DNA from: Candidatus Sediminicultor quartus
Lineage (GTDB): Bacteria > Atribacterota > Phoenicimicrobiia > Phoenicimicrobiales > Phoenicimicrobiaceae
DNA length: 64,000 nucleotides
Reading direction: 5' to 3'
Assembly (NCBI GenBank): GCA_011056645.1
Contig: DSEL01000184.1
Location: 7,699 to 71,698, forward strand
Part shown: piece by piece, positions 35,876-45,540 of the stretch
Layout: each line of letters begins with the position of its first letter
Numbering within the stretch: position 1 is the first letter of the stretch
Notes under the pieces: generated by a model
What the model was told of the DNA's origin: nothing
Database searches by the model: none
Seen by the model: the letters and a program-made list of their open reading frames with translations, nothing else
Position numbers and translations under genes: made by a program

Positions 35876-36349
35876 TTATTTCACAGCTAATTTGCCAGAA
35901 ATTAATTGCAATGCTTTTAATAAATGATTAGGATCAACTTTTAATTGTAAACCCCTAACTCCCGCACTGAATATGATAAAAGGAAATTGGAAGGCACTTT
36001 CATCAAAATAAGTAGGGTAATTTTTTTTCAATGCTAAAGGAGAAACGCCTCCTCGAACATAACCGGTTAATGATTTTACCTCTTTTAAGTGTACCATTTC
36101 CACCTTTTTGTTTCCACTTATAGAAGCAAGGGCTTTCAGATTAAGTTCCGCTCCTCCGGGGATACAGGCCACTAAAATTCCGGTCTTATCCCCTCGAATT
36201 ACCAGTGTTTTAAATACCTGTTTTAAGGGCTGCCCCATTTTCTGAGCGGCATTTTCTGCACTGAGGTTCTGTTCGTCCACTTCATATTTTAAAATTTCAT
36301 AGGGAATTTTTAATTTATCTAAAATTCTGGAGGCATTAGTCTTTTTCAT
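35876..36349 (-). CDS. ybaK: YbaK/ProX-family Cys-tRNA(Pro)/aa-tRNA deacylase
   Basis: 157 aa; ...GYVRGGVSPLAL... with typical YbaK length and motifs. Confidence 0.7.
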   Translation of the reverse strand: MKKTNASRILDKLKIPYEILKYEVDEQNLSAENAAQKMGQPLKQVFKTLVIRGDKTGILVACIPGGAELNLKALASISGNKKVEMVHLKEVKSLTGYVRGGVSPLALKKNYPTYFDESAFQFPFIIFSAGVRGLQLKVDPNHLLKALQLISGKLAVK

Positions 36350-36351
36350 TT

Positions 36352-36960
36352 CTATAACTCATAACTATTATAACTTCTGATCTGATTTATTTCTTTGCGT
36401 TCTTTAGGTTGTATTTCGTCAGACATCGGATAGCCTATAGTTATAATAAGTTCAACTCTTATTTGTGGGGGAATATTAACCAGTTTTTTGACCCCCTTTT
36501 CATTAAACCATCCCAGCATACAAGTTCCCAAGCCTTCTTCTGTGGCCTGAAGACAAAGGTGCTCGGCAGTAATTCCGATATCGATTAAACTAAATTGCTT
36601 ATCCTTAAGTATGCTCCCAATTCTACTAAAAAAACTTGGTCTTTCTGAAAGTAAAAGAATTAAAGCAGGTGCTTGCAAAGAAAATCGATTGAAAGATATC
36701 ACTCTATTAAACGTTTTTCTTGCTACTGCTTCTTTTAGTTTCAGGTCATCTATTACAATAAAGCTCCAGGGTTGAGAGTTATTAGCTGAAGGAGCAAGCC
36801 GCGCTGCCTCCAGACAGCTCTCAATCTTCTCCCGCTCAACAGCTTTATCCAAATATTCTCTTACACTTTGTCTTTTTTTTACTAAATCTAAAAATTTCAC
36901 TAAATCCCTCCGGGAACAGAAAACCGTCTTCTGTTCTTTTTTCTTTTTTTGTATTTTCAC
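36352..36960 (-). CDS. nitroreductase family protein
   Basis: RQSVREYL and ARLAPSANNSQPWSFIVI (FMN-nitroreductase motifs). The start overlaps the upstream stop as ATGA. Confidence 0.7.
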   Translation of the reverse strand: MKIQKKKKEQKTVFCSRRDLVKFLDLVKKRQSVREYLDKAVEREKIESCLEAARLAPSANNSQPWSFIVIDDLKLKEAVARKTFNRVISFNRFSLQAPALILLLSERPSFFSRIGSILKDKQFSLIDIGITAEHLCLQATEEGLGTCMLGWFNEKGVKKLVNIPPQIRVELIITIGYPMSDEIQPKERKEINQIRSYNSYEL

Positions 36961-38972
36961 GCTCTTTGAATTTCAACTAAACAATTATGGAAAGCAGTCC
37001 CATAACCTATATCACTGATATATTCTCCGGTGAGTTTATTGAGGTTGGCTTGGTGTACTCCATCCCACCAGCCAAAATAAGCATGCACTATTCCCGGTGC
37101 GACTTTTGAGGTAATAAAAACCTTTAAAGTTATATTCCCCCTATGATTATAGACTTGTACCCTATCATTTTCATTAATTCCTCTTTTAGCTGCATCCTGA
37201 GGATTGATCCAGACAAAAGGTTCTTCTTTCAGAGTAGATAGATTTGAAAATTGAGAATTCATTTTATCACAGGCATGGCTGGTGATCAAAGATAAAGGAT
37301 ATTTACTAAAGATATCGGGAGAGCTATTCCTATTTTCTGCCGGTTCCCTATAGGCTGGCAGGGGGTCTTTGCCCCATTTATCTTTCATTCTCTGGCTGAT
37401 AAATTCTATTTTTCGGGTAGGAGTATTAAATTTGTGGTCACTAAAAGCCCTCTCTTGATATCCGGGGTAAAGATAGGGCGTATCTTTTAGTTTATCGATA
37501 TCCATATCTAAATGAGAGCTGTTAATTATTTTTTCAATGGTACTCAAATCATTTACCGGTAAATAATCTAAGTTGAAATCAAACTTTTTAGCTAAAAGCC
37601 GATAGATCTCACTTTCATGTTTGGCTTCACCTGGCGGTTCGATTATTTTTTGCTGTAATTGAAGGTAAGAATGACCGTACCCGATAATCAAGTCATAGTA
37701 TTCAAACATCGAAGCTGCCGGCAAGATAATGTCTGCCATCCTGGCGGTATCGGTTAAAAAAAGATCGGCCACCACAATGAAATCCAGTTGATTCATCGCC
37801 AGGGCAAGGAGATTGGTGTTGGGGTTGCTGGTCATAGGATTAGCCTGTTCAACCCACAAAGCTTTTATCGGAGGATCGGCTTGCCGATCCAATTTACTGG
37901 CAAGTGTTGCAACCGCTATAGAATGACGGATCCTCTGGGGTTTGGGCGGGGAAAAAGGCCAATTTAATTCGGGTACCTGCCTGTCGCTGAAGTAAAAACC
38001 GCAGCCCTTTTTACCGATACTTCCGGTCAACGCCGGCAAAAGAGCAATGGCTCTGGTAGTCTGACCCCCATTGGTATATCTTTGAATCCCTATTCCGCAG
38101 ATAAGAGCATATCGGGGATTTTCTTTTAGCTCATTGATCAAACGATTAATCTTAGCGATAGGGACTCCAGTTATAGCCGACACTTTTTCCAAGGAATAAT
38201 CCTGAACCAATTCCTTAAATTCAGTAAAGCCAAAAGTATGTTGCTCAATAAAATAGTCATCAATGATATTATTTTTAATAAGCTGGTTGGCTATCCCCAG
38301 GGCAAGGCAGCCATCGGTTCCCGGCCGAGGATTTAAATAAAGGCTGCTTTTGGCTCCTGATTCATTTTCCCGAATATCTATGGTTATTAATTTCGCTCCC
38401 TTATCTACTGCCTGGTTCAGGTGATGCATTAAATGAACATTGGTATGGGCTGGATTTGAACCCCATAAGATGATTAATTTTGAGTTTTCCAGGTCAGAAA
38501 TCTTATTATGTTTTACTTCTCCATAAGTTAAAATGATGGCCTCCTGGCCTGCAGTATCACATAGTCCGCCATATGTGCTGGTAAAGCCGCCAAATTGATA
38601 CCAGAAACCATAAGCACAATTTTTCATCACTCCCAAATTAGCAAATCTATTAAAATATAAAACCGATTCCGGTCCATATTGCTCTTTAAAATTTCTCAGC
38701 TTTCGGTATAGGATATCTAAAGCCTGTTCCAAGTTTATTCTTTTAAACTCGCCGCTGCCGCGCTTGCCAACTCTTTGTAAGGGATATAATAATCTTTCCG
38801 AACTATAGAGCAAATTGGGATAGTGGTTCCCTTTAGAACATATTCTTCCTTTATTCACCGGACTATTACGATTTCCCCTTACCTTTGTTATCCTTCCTTT
38901 TTCTACCTCAACTTCCAATGAACAGGACCCAAAGCAATCCTTGGGACAAACAGAGTTGATGGTTTTGAACAT
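36957..38972 (-). CDS. molybdopterin (bis-MGD) oxidoreductase family protein, cytoplasmic type
   Basis: N-terminal 4Fe-4S motif (CPKDCFGSCSLEV...C) and molybdopterin-dinucleotide-binding regions. No Tat signal. Confidence 0.75.
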   Translation of the reverse strand: MFKTINSVCPKDCFGSCSLEVEVEKGRITKVRGNRNSPVNKGRICSKGNHYPNLLYSSERLLYPLQRVGKRGSGEFKRINLEQALDILYRKLRNFKEQYGPESVLYFNRFANLGVMKNCAYGFWYQFGGFTSTYGGLCDTAGQEAIILTYGEVKHNKISDLENSKLIILWGSNPAHTNVHLMHHLNQAVDKGAKLITIDIRENESGAKSSLYLNPRPGTDGCLALGIANQLIKNNIIDDYFIEQHTFGFTEFKELVQDYSLEKVSAITGVPIAKINRLINELKENPRYALICGIGIQRYTNGGQTTRAIALLPALTGSIGKKGCGFYFSDRQVPELNWPFSPPKPQRIRHSIAVATLASKLDRQADPPIKALWVEQANPMTSNPNTNLLALAMNQLDFIVVADLFLTDTARMADIILPAASMFEYYDLIIGYGHSYLQLQQKIIEPPGEAKHESEIYRLLAKKFDFNLDYLPVNDLSTIEKIINSSHLDMDIDKLKDTPYLYPGYQERAFSDHKFNTPTRKIEFISQRMKDKWGKDPLPAYREPAENRNSSPDIFSKYPLSLITSHACDKMNSQFSNLSTLKEEPFVWINPQDAAKRGINENDRVQVYNHRGNITLKVFITSKVAPGIVHAYFGWWDGVHQANLNKLTGEYISDIGYGTAFHNCLVEIQRA

Positions 38973-38997
38973 ATTTTGCTCCTTTATTTAAATAAAG

Positions 38998-39702
38998 CTA
39001 TTTTTTACTTTTTTCCCCTAAAAGGATGGGACCAAGCTGGGATTGGATCAGTTTTGAATCAGTAAAATCTATGGCAACTTTTTCTGCTCCAAAATTTTTA
39101 CTTAGAGCCTCTAGGGTTTGCCGAGCAGAATTCTCTACTTCCGAACGCATTTTCCGTACTAAATGATCAGCCATTTGGGTGGCCTGATATTTAGCCTCTT
39201 CCAGAAGCAAATTTTTATCGCTTTCATTGAATCCTGAACCGAAAGCCCGATTGAGGAGGTCAGGAAGTAACCAGGGAAGAAACTTTGCATTTTGTTCGTC
39301 ATAAAAACTGATATCTCTGATATGAACTTCGTAAAAGCACTGGGGCATTTTTAATCGGAAATTCTTTTCCCCTTGTTCCTCAATAACAAAGTCCGAACTA
39401 CGAAGATTATATCTGAAATCTATATCAAATTCGAAAATCATAGCCATCTTTTTAGTGGAAATTAACCATTGGAAATATTTTTTCCCTTTCTCTCCCAACC
39501 AGTGCATTGAAGTAGTAACAATCTCTTTGGTAACCACTTTAAATACCACCAATTCTCCTACCGAGCGAAGTTCTTCAAGAGAAGTATGGATATTTATTGT
39601 TCTGCCCGGTGCACTGTATTTTAATTTAAAAATCCAAAAAATAATAAATATAATGACCGCTGTACCGAACCCGATCAGTCCGGAAATAAATATTATTTGC
39701 AT
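38998..39702 (-). CDS. hypothetical membrane-anchored protein (DUF4230-like)
   Basis: Single N-terminal TM segment followed by a soluble domain of about 200 aa. No catalytic motif recognised. Confidence 0.3.
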   Translation of the reverse strand: MQIIFISGLIGFGTAVIIFIIFWIFKLKYSAPGRTINIHTSLEELRSVGELVVFKVVTKEIVTTSMHWLGEKGKKYFQWLISTKKMAMIFEFDIDFRYNLRSSDFVIEEQGEKNFRLKMPQCFYEVHIRDISFYDEQNAKFLPWLLPDLLNRAFGSGFNESDKNLLLEEAKYQATQMADHLVRKMRSEVENSARQTLEALSKNFGAEKVAIDFTDSKLIQSQLGPILLGEKSKK

Positions 39703-39762
39703 TGGTTTATTCTCCTTATTTATTAAATTACTATCATCATAACAGAAAACGGCTATCGTCTG

Positions 39763-41820
39763 CTATGTTTTTAGGTATTGGTATTTGTACAGCTCGTTGT
39801 AATAACCTCGTTTGGCAATTAACTGCGAATGATTTCCCATTTCTACGATTTTACCTTTATGCATAACATATATTCTATCAACATCCTGAATGGTAGATAA
39901 TCGATGGGCGATGGCGATACTACTTCTGCCTTTCATAATTTTTTTTATGGCATCCTGAATAAGATATTCGGTTTCGCTGTCTATACTGCTGGTAGCCTCA
40001 TCAAGGATGAGTATTCTGGGTTCTTTGGCCAGTGCCCGGGTAAAGGCAATGAGCTGCCTTTGGCCGGTGGAAAGATTTGACCCTCCTTCGGAAACTATGT
40101 TCTCATATTTTTTCTTCAATTTACTGATAAATTGGTGGGCATTAACATATTTTGCATATTCGATCATCTTATTATCCTCTATTTCATTATTAAGGATAAT
40201 ATTATATTTAATGTCCCCGGCAAACATAAAAACGTCCTGCAAGACTAATCCGAAATAGTTCCTTAAAAATTTTAAATCCATATCTTTCAGGTTAATTCCA
40301 TCAATAAGAATTTCCCCCTCGGTAGGTTCATAGAATCTTAAAAGAAGGTTAATGAGGGTTGTTTTCCCTGCCCCGGTCGCCCCCACAAAAGCAACCGATT
40401 CATTTGGTTCAACTATAAAAGAGACCCGGTCAATAACCTTTTCCCCTTCTTTATATTCAAAAGATACTCCTCGAAACTCTATCCTCCCTTCTATCTTGCC
40501 AGGATGCTCAGGCACTTCAGGAGAAGGTATCTTGTCATCCTCCTCAAAAAGTAAAAATATTCGCTCCGATGAAGCCATAGCGGATTGTAATATATTATAT
40601 CTTTCCGAAAAATCAAAAATCGGCCTAAAAAACATATGGATATAAGATATAAAAGCAATAAGCACTCCCAGGGAAATTTCCTCTCCCAGTACTCCCTTAC
40701 CCCCAAAATATATCAAGGCACCTAGGGCAAAATAAGATAACACATCAATTAATGGCCTGAATATGGCAAATATCAACAGTTGATACATATTGGCACGATA
40801 ATAATTCATCCCGGTTTTATTAAAATTATCTTCAGACCTACCCTCTTGATTGAAAGTCTGAATCAGTAAGACTCCCGAAATTGCCTCTGATAGAAAACTA
40901 TTTACTTTAGCCAGGGCAATTCTTACTTTTCCGTAAGCCTCCCGAGCATATCTCTGAAAAAAGTAGAGTATCATCATCATGACCGGAATAAGAATAAATA
41001 TGATCAAACTTAATCGGCGTGATAGTTTGAATATTACCACCAGTATGCCTATTACCATAATAAGATCTTTGGCAGAATAAACAAAGACATCGGTAAACAT
41101 TTCTCTTAAAGCATCAACATCATTGGTTAGCCTGGTTACCAATCTACCGATAGGATTATTATTAAAAAAGTTCAGAGAAAGAGACATCAGATGTCTTATC
41201 AGATTGCCCCTTAGGTCATACATGACCTTTTCACTGACCACTGCCATCATTACTACCTGAAGATAATTAAAAACAAAAGATACCAGTAGGAGCCCTACAT
41301 ATAATAGGGCAAATAATTTAACCATTTTTAAATCATCAACTCTTAAGATTTTAAGATTATCCGAGGGAATATTTTGCATTTCTCTATAAGGGACAAAATA
41401 GCCTTTATCCGTTTTGACCAGGTTAAGTTGATATTGCTTCAATTTATTTAGCTCTTCTTCCTCCCTGATCATAAAATATTTTTCCGGCAGGATGAGCGAA
41501 TCTTTCTGCAGCTCCAGGTATTCATCCTTGCTTAACAAGTTCGAGGGAATGAAAATAAAGCTATTAGACCTCACCCGGTAGGCTATATAGCGGTCGGTAA
41601 CTTCCACCGTTCTATCATTAAGAATTAACTTTAAATAACTTTTTTCAATATAATTATCGACCACATTTTTGGTAATTAAGGGAAGGGTAATCTCTATACC
41701 ACTTATGGCAAGAATAAGAAGGAAGATGATGATAATCTTCCCGGCGTAAGGTTTTCCATATTGCCATAGTCTGGAAAATATCTTTCTGTCCAGACCAGAA
41801 TATAATTTTTCTTCTTTCAT
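39763..41820 (-). CDS. ABC exporter, fused permease-ATPase (heterodimer partner) with a large extracytoplasmic insertion
   Basis: TM domain plus Walker A (GATGAGKTT), LSTGQRQLIAFTRAL and ILILDEATS. An insert of about 110 aa lies between TM1 and TM2. Confidence 0.85.
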   Translation of the reverse strand: MKEEKLYSGLDRKIFSRLWQYGKPYAGKIIIIFLLILAISGIEITLPLITKNVVDNYIEKSYLKLILNDRTVEVTDRYIAYRVRSNSFIFIPSNLLSKDEYLELQKDSLILPEKYFMIREEEELNKLKQYQLNLVKTDKGYFVPYREMQNIPSDNLKILRVDDLKMVKLFALLYVGLLLVSFVFNYLQVVMMAVVSEKVMYDLRGNLIRHLMSLSLNFFNNNPIGRLVTRLTNDVDALREMFTDVFVYSAKDLIMVIGILVVIFKLSRRLSLIIFILIPVMMMILYFFQRYAREAYGKVRIALAKVNSFLSEAISGVLLIQTFNQEGRSEDNFNKTGMNYYRANMYQLLIFAIFRPLIDVLSYFALGALIYFGGKGVLGEEISLGVLIAFISYIHMFFRPIFDFSERYNILQSAMASSERIFLLFEEDDKIPSPEVPEHPGKIEGRIEFRGVSFEYKEGEKVIDRVSFIVEPNESVAFVGATGAGKTTLINLLLRFYEPTEGEILIDGINLKDMDLKFLRNYFGLVLQDVFMFAGDIKYNIILNNEIEDNKMIEYAKYVNAHQFISKLKKKYENIVSEGGSNLSTGQRQLIAFTRALAKEPRILILDEATSSIDSETEYLIQDAIKKIMKGRSSIAIAHRLSTIQDVDRIYVMHKGKIVEMGNHSQLIAKRGYYNELYKYQYLKT

Positions 41821-41822
41821 CT

Positions 41823-43592
41823 TTATTCTTCCAATTTTTGAATTTTATAAATACTTTTATAGATATCAGATTTTTTGATCAGTTCCCGATGAGTGCCGCT
41901 GCTTTCAATTCTTCCCTTATCCAGGACAAATATCTTATCCGCCTTGATAAAGGAAGATATACGGTGGGATATGACAATGGTAGTAATGCCTTGAGAATAG
42001 TGTTCTAAATTTCGGATGATCTCCTTTTCGGTGTTAGTATCCACTGCACTTAGAGCGTCATCAAGAATAAGTATTTGAGGTCTCCTGATAATCGCCCGGG
42101 CAATACACAGCCTCTGTTTTTGACCCCCGGATAGGGTAACCCCTTTTTCTCCCACTGGTGTTTTATATTGCTGCTTTAATTCCCTGATATTTTTATCTAT
42201 CGAGGCCACCCGGCAAGCTTGAACTATCTCTTCTAAAGTTGCTTCGGGCTTGCCAAACCGAACGTTATCCTCTATGGTGTCCGAGAAAAGAAAAGAATCC
42301 TGGGGAACATATCCTATGCTATCCCTTACCGCAGCTATCCTGATCTTTCTATAATCGATGGAATCGTAAAATATTCTTCCCTGCTGAGGCTGGATAATCC
42401 TCAAAATCAATCTGGCTATGATACTTTTTCCGGAGCCTATCTTCCCGCATATGCCGATAAACTGCCCTTGTTGTATATCAATATTGACATCGCTGAGAAC
42501 AGCTTGTTCCCTATAAGAAAAATGGATGTTCTCCAATTTTATATTGCCTTTCAGCGTATGATACTCCGCACCGGGGGCATCATAAAGTACCACTTTTTCT
42601 TCCAGAAGTTCAAGAATACGCTTATAAGAAGCATTGCCTCGCTGATATACATTGATCACCATTCCCACGGCCATCATCGGCCAGACAATAATCCCCATAT
42701 AGGAAAGAAAGGCAACTAATTCACCGATGGTAAGCTCATTAAGGATCACTTGCTGACCTCCGACCCAGAGTAAAATAGCTATTCCGACCTCGGCAAATAA
42801 AAATATCAACGGGTACATGGTTCCCCAAATTTTAATCAGGGAAATATTTTTCTCCAGATACTCCCGGCTTAATTGGTCAAAGTTCTTAGATTCCGGCTCT
42901 TCTTGCTGAAAGGCCTGTATAATCTTTATGCCGGATATCATTTCCCGCACTTTTTCGGTCAGAAGAGAAAACAATTCCTGAACATTTTTGAACTTTCTGA
43001 ATAATAGCTTGACAAAGAATAAGGATATCAGGGCAATAATAGGAAGAGGGATCAGGGCATAAAAAGTAAGTCGTGCATTAATAGTTAACATAAATACCAG
43101 GGTGGCTAAAAAAAGAAAGACGGCATCAAAGCCGGCAATTACGCCGAAGGCACAAGCTCTTCTTACTGCGGTCATATCATTGGTCATGTGAGCCATAATA
43201 TCCCCAATCTTTGTTCTGGTGAAAAAAGAGTTGGAGAGCAAAAGCAGATGATTAAATAGCCTGTTCTTAAAGTCCATCTCCATAAAATGGGACATTCCAA
43301 TAATGATCATTCTCCAGAAAAATCTAAAAATCCCGATGGCTATAGCCAGGGCAAAGATTAAGAGGGTAAATTTCCCCAGATATTCATAACTGTCCCCGGG
43401 GGTGCTGTAAATACTAATAATATAATCTATCGCTCGTTGGACTATGCGGGGCGAGATAAGCTGGGCAATGTCTACCGCCACCAGCATAAGAAATCCAAAT
43501 AACATTTTTAAGGGGGCTTTTTGATAGTAAGAAAAAATAAATTTAATTAACATGATTTTATTATAATAACCTTTGGCTGATATCCTTGTCAA
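41823..43592 (-). CDS. ABC exporter, fused permease-ATPase (heterodimer partner)
   Basis: GKIGSGKSI, LSGGQKQRLCIARAI and LILDDALSAVD. Immediately adjacent to its partner. Confidence 0.85.
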   Translation of the reverse strand: MTRISAKGYYNKIMLIKFIFSYYQKAPLKMLFGFLMLVAVDIAQLISPRIVQRAIDYIISIYSTPGDSYEYLGKFTLLIFALAIAIGIFRFFWRMIIIGMSHFMEMDFKNRLFNHLLLLSNSFFTRTKIGDIMAHMTNDMTAVRRACAFGVIAGFDAVFLFLATLVFMLTINARLTFYALIPLPIIALISLFFVKLLFRKFKNVQELFSLLTEKVREMISGIKIIQAFQQEEPESKNFDQLSREYLEKNISLIKIWGTMYPLIFLFAEVGIAILLWVGGQQVILNELTIGELVAFLSYMGIIVWPMMAVGMVINVYQRGNASYKRILELLEEKVVLYDAPGAEYHTLKGNIKLENIHFSYREQAVLSDVNIDIQQGQFIGICGKIGSGKSIIARLILRIIQPQQGRIFYDSIDYRKIRIAAVRDSIGYVPQDSFLFSDTIEDNVRFGKPEATLEEIVQACRVASIDKNIRELKQQYKTPVGEKGVTLSGGQKQRLCIARAIIRRPQILILDDALSAVDTNTEKEIIRNLEHYSQGITTIVISHRISSFIKADKIFVLDKGRIESSGTHRELIKKSDIYKSIYKIQKLEE

Positions 43593-43620
43593 TCAAAAGG
43601 GTAGCGGAAGGAAGAGAGTA

Positions 43621-43650
43621 AGAAGGGGGATGATTCCCCCTTCTTTTTTA
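43621..43650. terminator. GC-rich hairpin with T-run (AGAAGGGGGA-tgat-TCCCCCTTCT TTTTTT) just 3' of the TPR gene
   Basis: Seen directly. The T-run is on the plus strand, so terminator efficiency for the minus-strand gene is uncertain. Confidence 0.35.
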
Positions 43651-43663
43651 TTCTTTTTCCAAA

Positions 43664-44392
43664 TTACAAATCTTCTAATAATCTTTTTGCCCAATTACTG
43701 TAGTAGGGTTCATCACCGGCAATTGCCATCTCTAAGATAGGTCTTGCTTCCTTCTTTTTCCCTCTATCTATCAGCAATTCTGCGTAATAAACCAAACCTT
43801 CGGGATCGTCAGGAAAGTATTGATGATGTTCTTCAAGAAATTTTTCAGCTCTTTTTTTATTTCTAAAAGGGATGGGGAGTTGATGCCAGAAACGTCCTAT
43901 AGCTAACATTGGGCCTCCTATATCATACATTTTGTCTATATCATAGGCTTTATAAAAGGCATCTTGAGTACTTCCTTTTAATCCTTCTTTTAGGGCTCTA
44001 AGGATACTAACCCCGTCAGAGTAAGTAGCTGCACTCAATCCATAATAATATTGTCCCTCTACTTTATCAGGTTCAAGCTCTATGGCTTTTTCTGCATACC
44101 CCATAGCAATTTTTCCATAATCTTTACAAAGGTCTTTCCACCCTTCTAATTCATGCTCAAGGTTATAATCCGCATATTCCCGGTAAGCCCGAGCACATTT
44201 CCAGTTGGCCTCATAACTGTCCGGATTGGCTTCCACTGCCTTAACATAAAGAGGAATGGAAGCAAACATGCTATCTACAGTCTTCTGATCAAAAAGTGCA
44301 TCGGCTTCCGTCAGAGGGTCTTGAGCCAGGGAAATAAAGTGGAAGGAAAAAAGGAATAAACAAACCAGTAAACACAACAAATATCTCTTCAT
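43664..44392 (-). CDS. secreted TPR-repeat protein
   Basis: Start at 44392 with a strong GGAGG RBS; signal peptide (MKRYLLCLLVCLFLFSFHFISLA). TPR-like helical repeats. Confidence 0.5.
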   Translation of the reverse strand: MKRYLLCLLVCLFLFSFHFISLAQDPLTEADALFDQKTVDSMFASIPLYVKAVEANPDSYEANWKCARAYREYADYNLEHELEGWKDLCKDYGKIAMGYAEKAIELEPDKVEGQYYYGLSAATYSDGVSILRALKEGLKGSTQDAFYKAYDIDKMYDIGGPMLAIGRFWHQLPIPFRNKKRAEKFLEEHHQYFPDDPEGLVYYAELLIDRGKKKEARPILEMAIAGDEPYYSNWAKRLLEDL

Positions 44393-44558
44393 AGTAACTC
44401 CTCCTAAATATAATATAGAAAATAGAAAATAATTTTCATCCATTATAAACCATTTTACTAAAAAAGAAAAGAATTAATAGGTAATCTAACTTGTAAAAAA
44501 AATATTCGAGTATTCCTAAACTGTATTGAACTTCTGAAATTTCCCCAGCCTCAAATGT

Positions 44559-44822
44559 TTATACTTCTACAACATCCTTCACTTCCGGAACTTCCTTTTT
44601 TAAGGACCTGCCGATGCCCATCTTTAAAGTCATCTGGCTCATTGGGCAGCCGTAGCAGGCACCGGTTAATTTAACTTTTACTATTCCCTCCGGGGTAACT
44701 TCCACCAGATCCACATTCCCTCCGTCGGCCTGAAGGGCTGGTTTTATCTTTTCTAAAGCAATTTCAACTCTTTCTTTTAAAGTTTTTTTTTCTTGGACCA
44801 TATTAACCTTTATCCTCCCCAA
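44559..44822 (-). CDS. NifU-like (Nfu-type) Fe-S cluster assembly domain protein
   Basis: VKLTGACYGCPMSQMTL (CxxC Nfu motif). Confidence 0.7.
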   Translation of the reverse strand: MGRIKVNMVQEKKTLKERVEIALEKIKPALQADGGNVDLVEVTPEGIVKVKLTGACYGCPMSQMTLKMGIGRSLKKEVPEVKDVVEV

Positions 44823-44862
44823 ATAGTAAAATATTTTTACCTATTTTTGATGACGGTTTAAT

Positions 44863-45399
44863 TTAATAATTTTCAAGTTTTACTTCAAAATATGCTCGAG
44901 GATGCTTGCATACCGGGCAGATCTCGGGTGCTTCCTCCCCCTCATAGATATTGCCGCAATTCCGGCATTTCCAAAATATTTTTCCTTCTTTTTTAAATAC
45001 CTTTTCCTGCTCTATATTCTTTAACAGCTTCCGATAACGTTCTTCATGTCCTTTTTCAATTTTAGCAATTCCCTCGAACATTTTAGCAATCTTTTCAAAT
45101 CCTTCTTCTTTTGCTTCTTTGGCCATACGAGCATACATATCGGTCCATTCGTAATTTTCACCGGCTGCTGCTGCTTTTAAGTTCTCAACCGTATTTCCTA
45201 TCCCGGATAATTCTTTAAAGTGCAGCTTGGCATGTTCCTTTTCATTTTCAGCTGTTTCCAAAAAAATAGAAGCAATCTGCTCATATCCTTCTTTCTTGGC
45301 AGCGGAAGCAAAGTAAGTATATTTATTGCGGGCTTGGGATTCTCCAGCAAAGGCTTCCATTAAATTTTTCTCGGTCTTTGTTCCTTTTAGATCTTTCAT
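44863..45399 (-). CDS. rbr: rubrerythrin
   Basis: Diiron four-helix-bundle ExxH motifs plus a C-terminal rubredoxin-like CxxC...CxxC ([12 protein letters not shown]...CPVCKHP). Confidence 0.85.
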   Translation of the reverse strand: MKDLKGTKTEKNLMEAFAGESQARNKYTYFASAAKKEGYEQIASIFLETAENEKEHAKLHFKELSGIGNTVENLKAAAAGENYEWTDMYARMAKEAKEEGFEKIAKMFEGIAKIEKGHEERYRKLLKNIEQEKVFKKEGKIFWKCRNCGNIYEGEEAPEICPVCKHPRAYFEVKLENY

Positions 45400-45485
45400 T
45401 TTCTATCCTCCTAAAATATTTTTTTAAAAGGTGTTTTTAAACCCATTAGCTTTAGTTTAATTATAGAGCAGAGTCACTATCATTC

Positions 45486-45494
45486 ATTATACCA
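45486..45494 (-). promoter_or_regulatory. extended -10 promoter element (TGgTATAAT) upstream of rubrerythrin
   Basis: The reverse complement of ATTATACCA gives TGGTATAAT, about 90 nt upstream of the rbr start. Confidence 0.4.
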
Positions 45495-45540
45495 CATACC
45501 ACTGCCTTATAATTTTGTGGCGCTTTAGGGATTGCCAACC

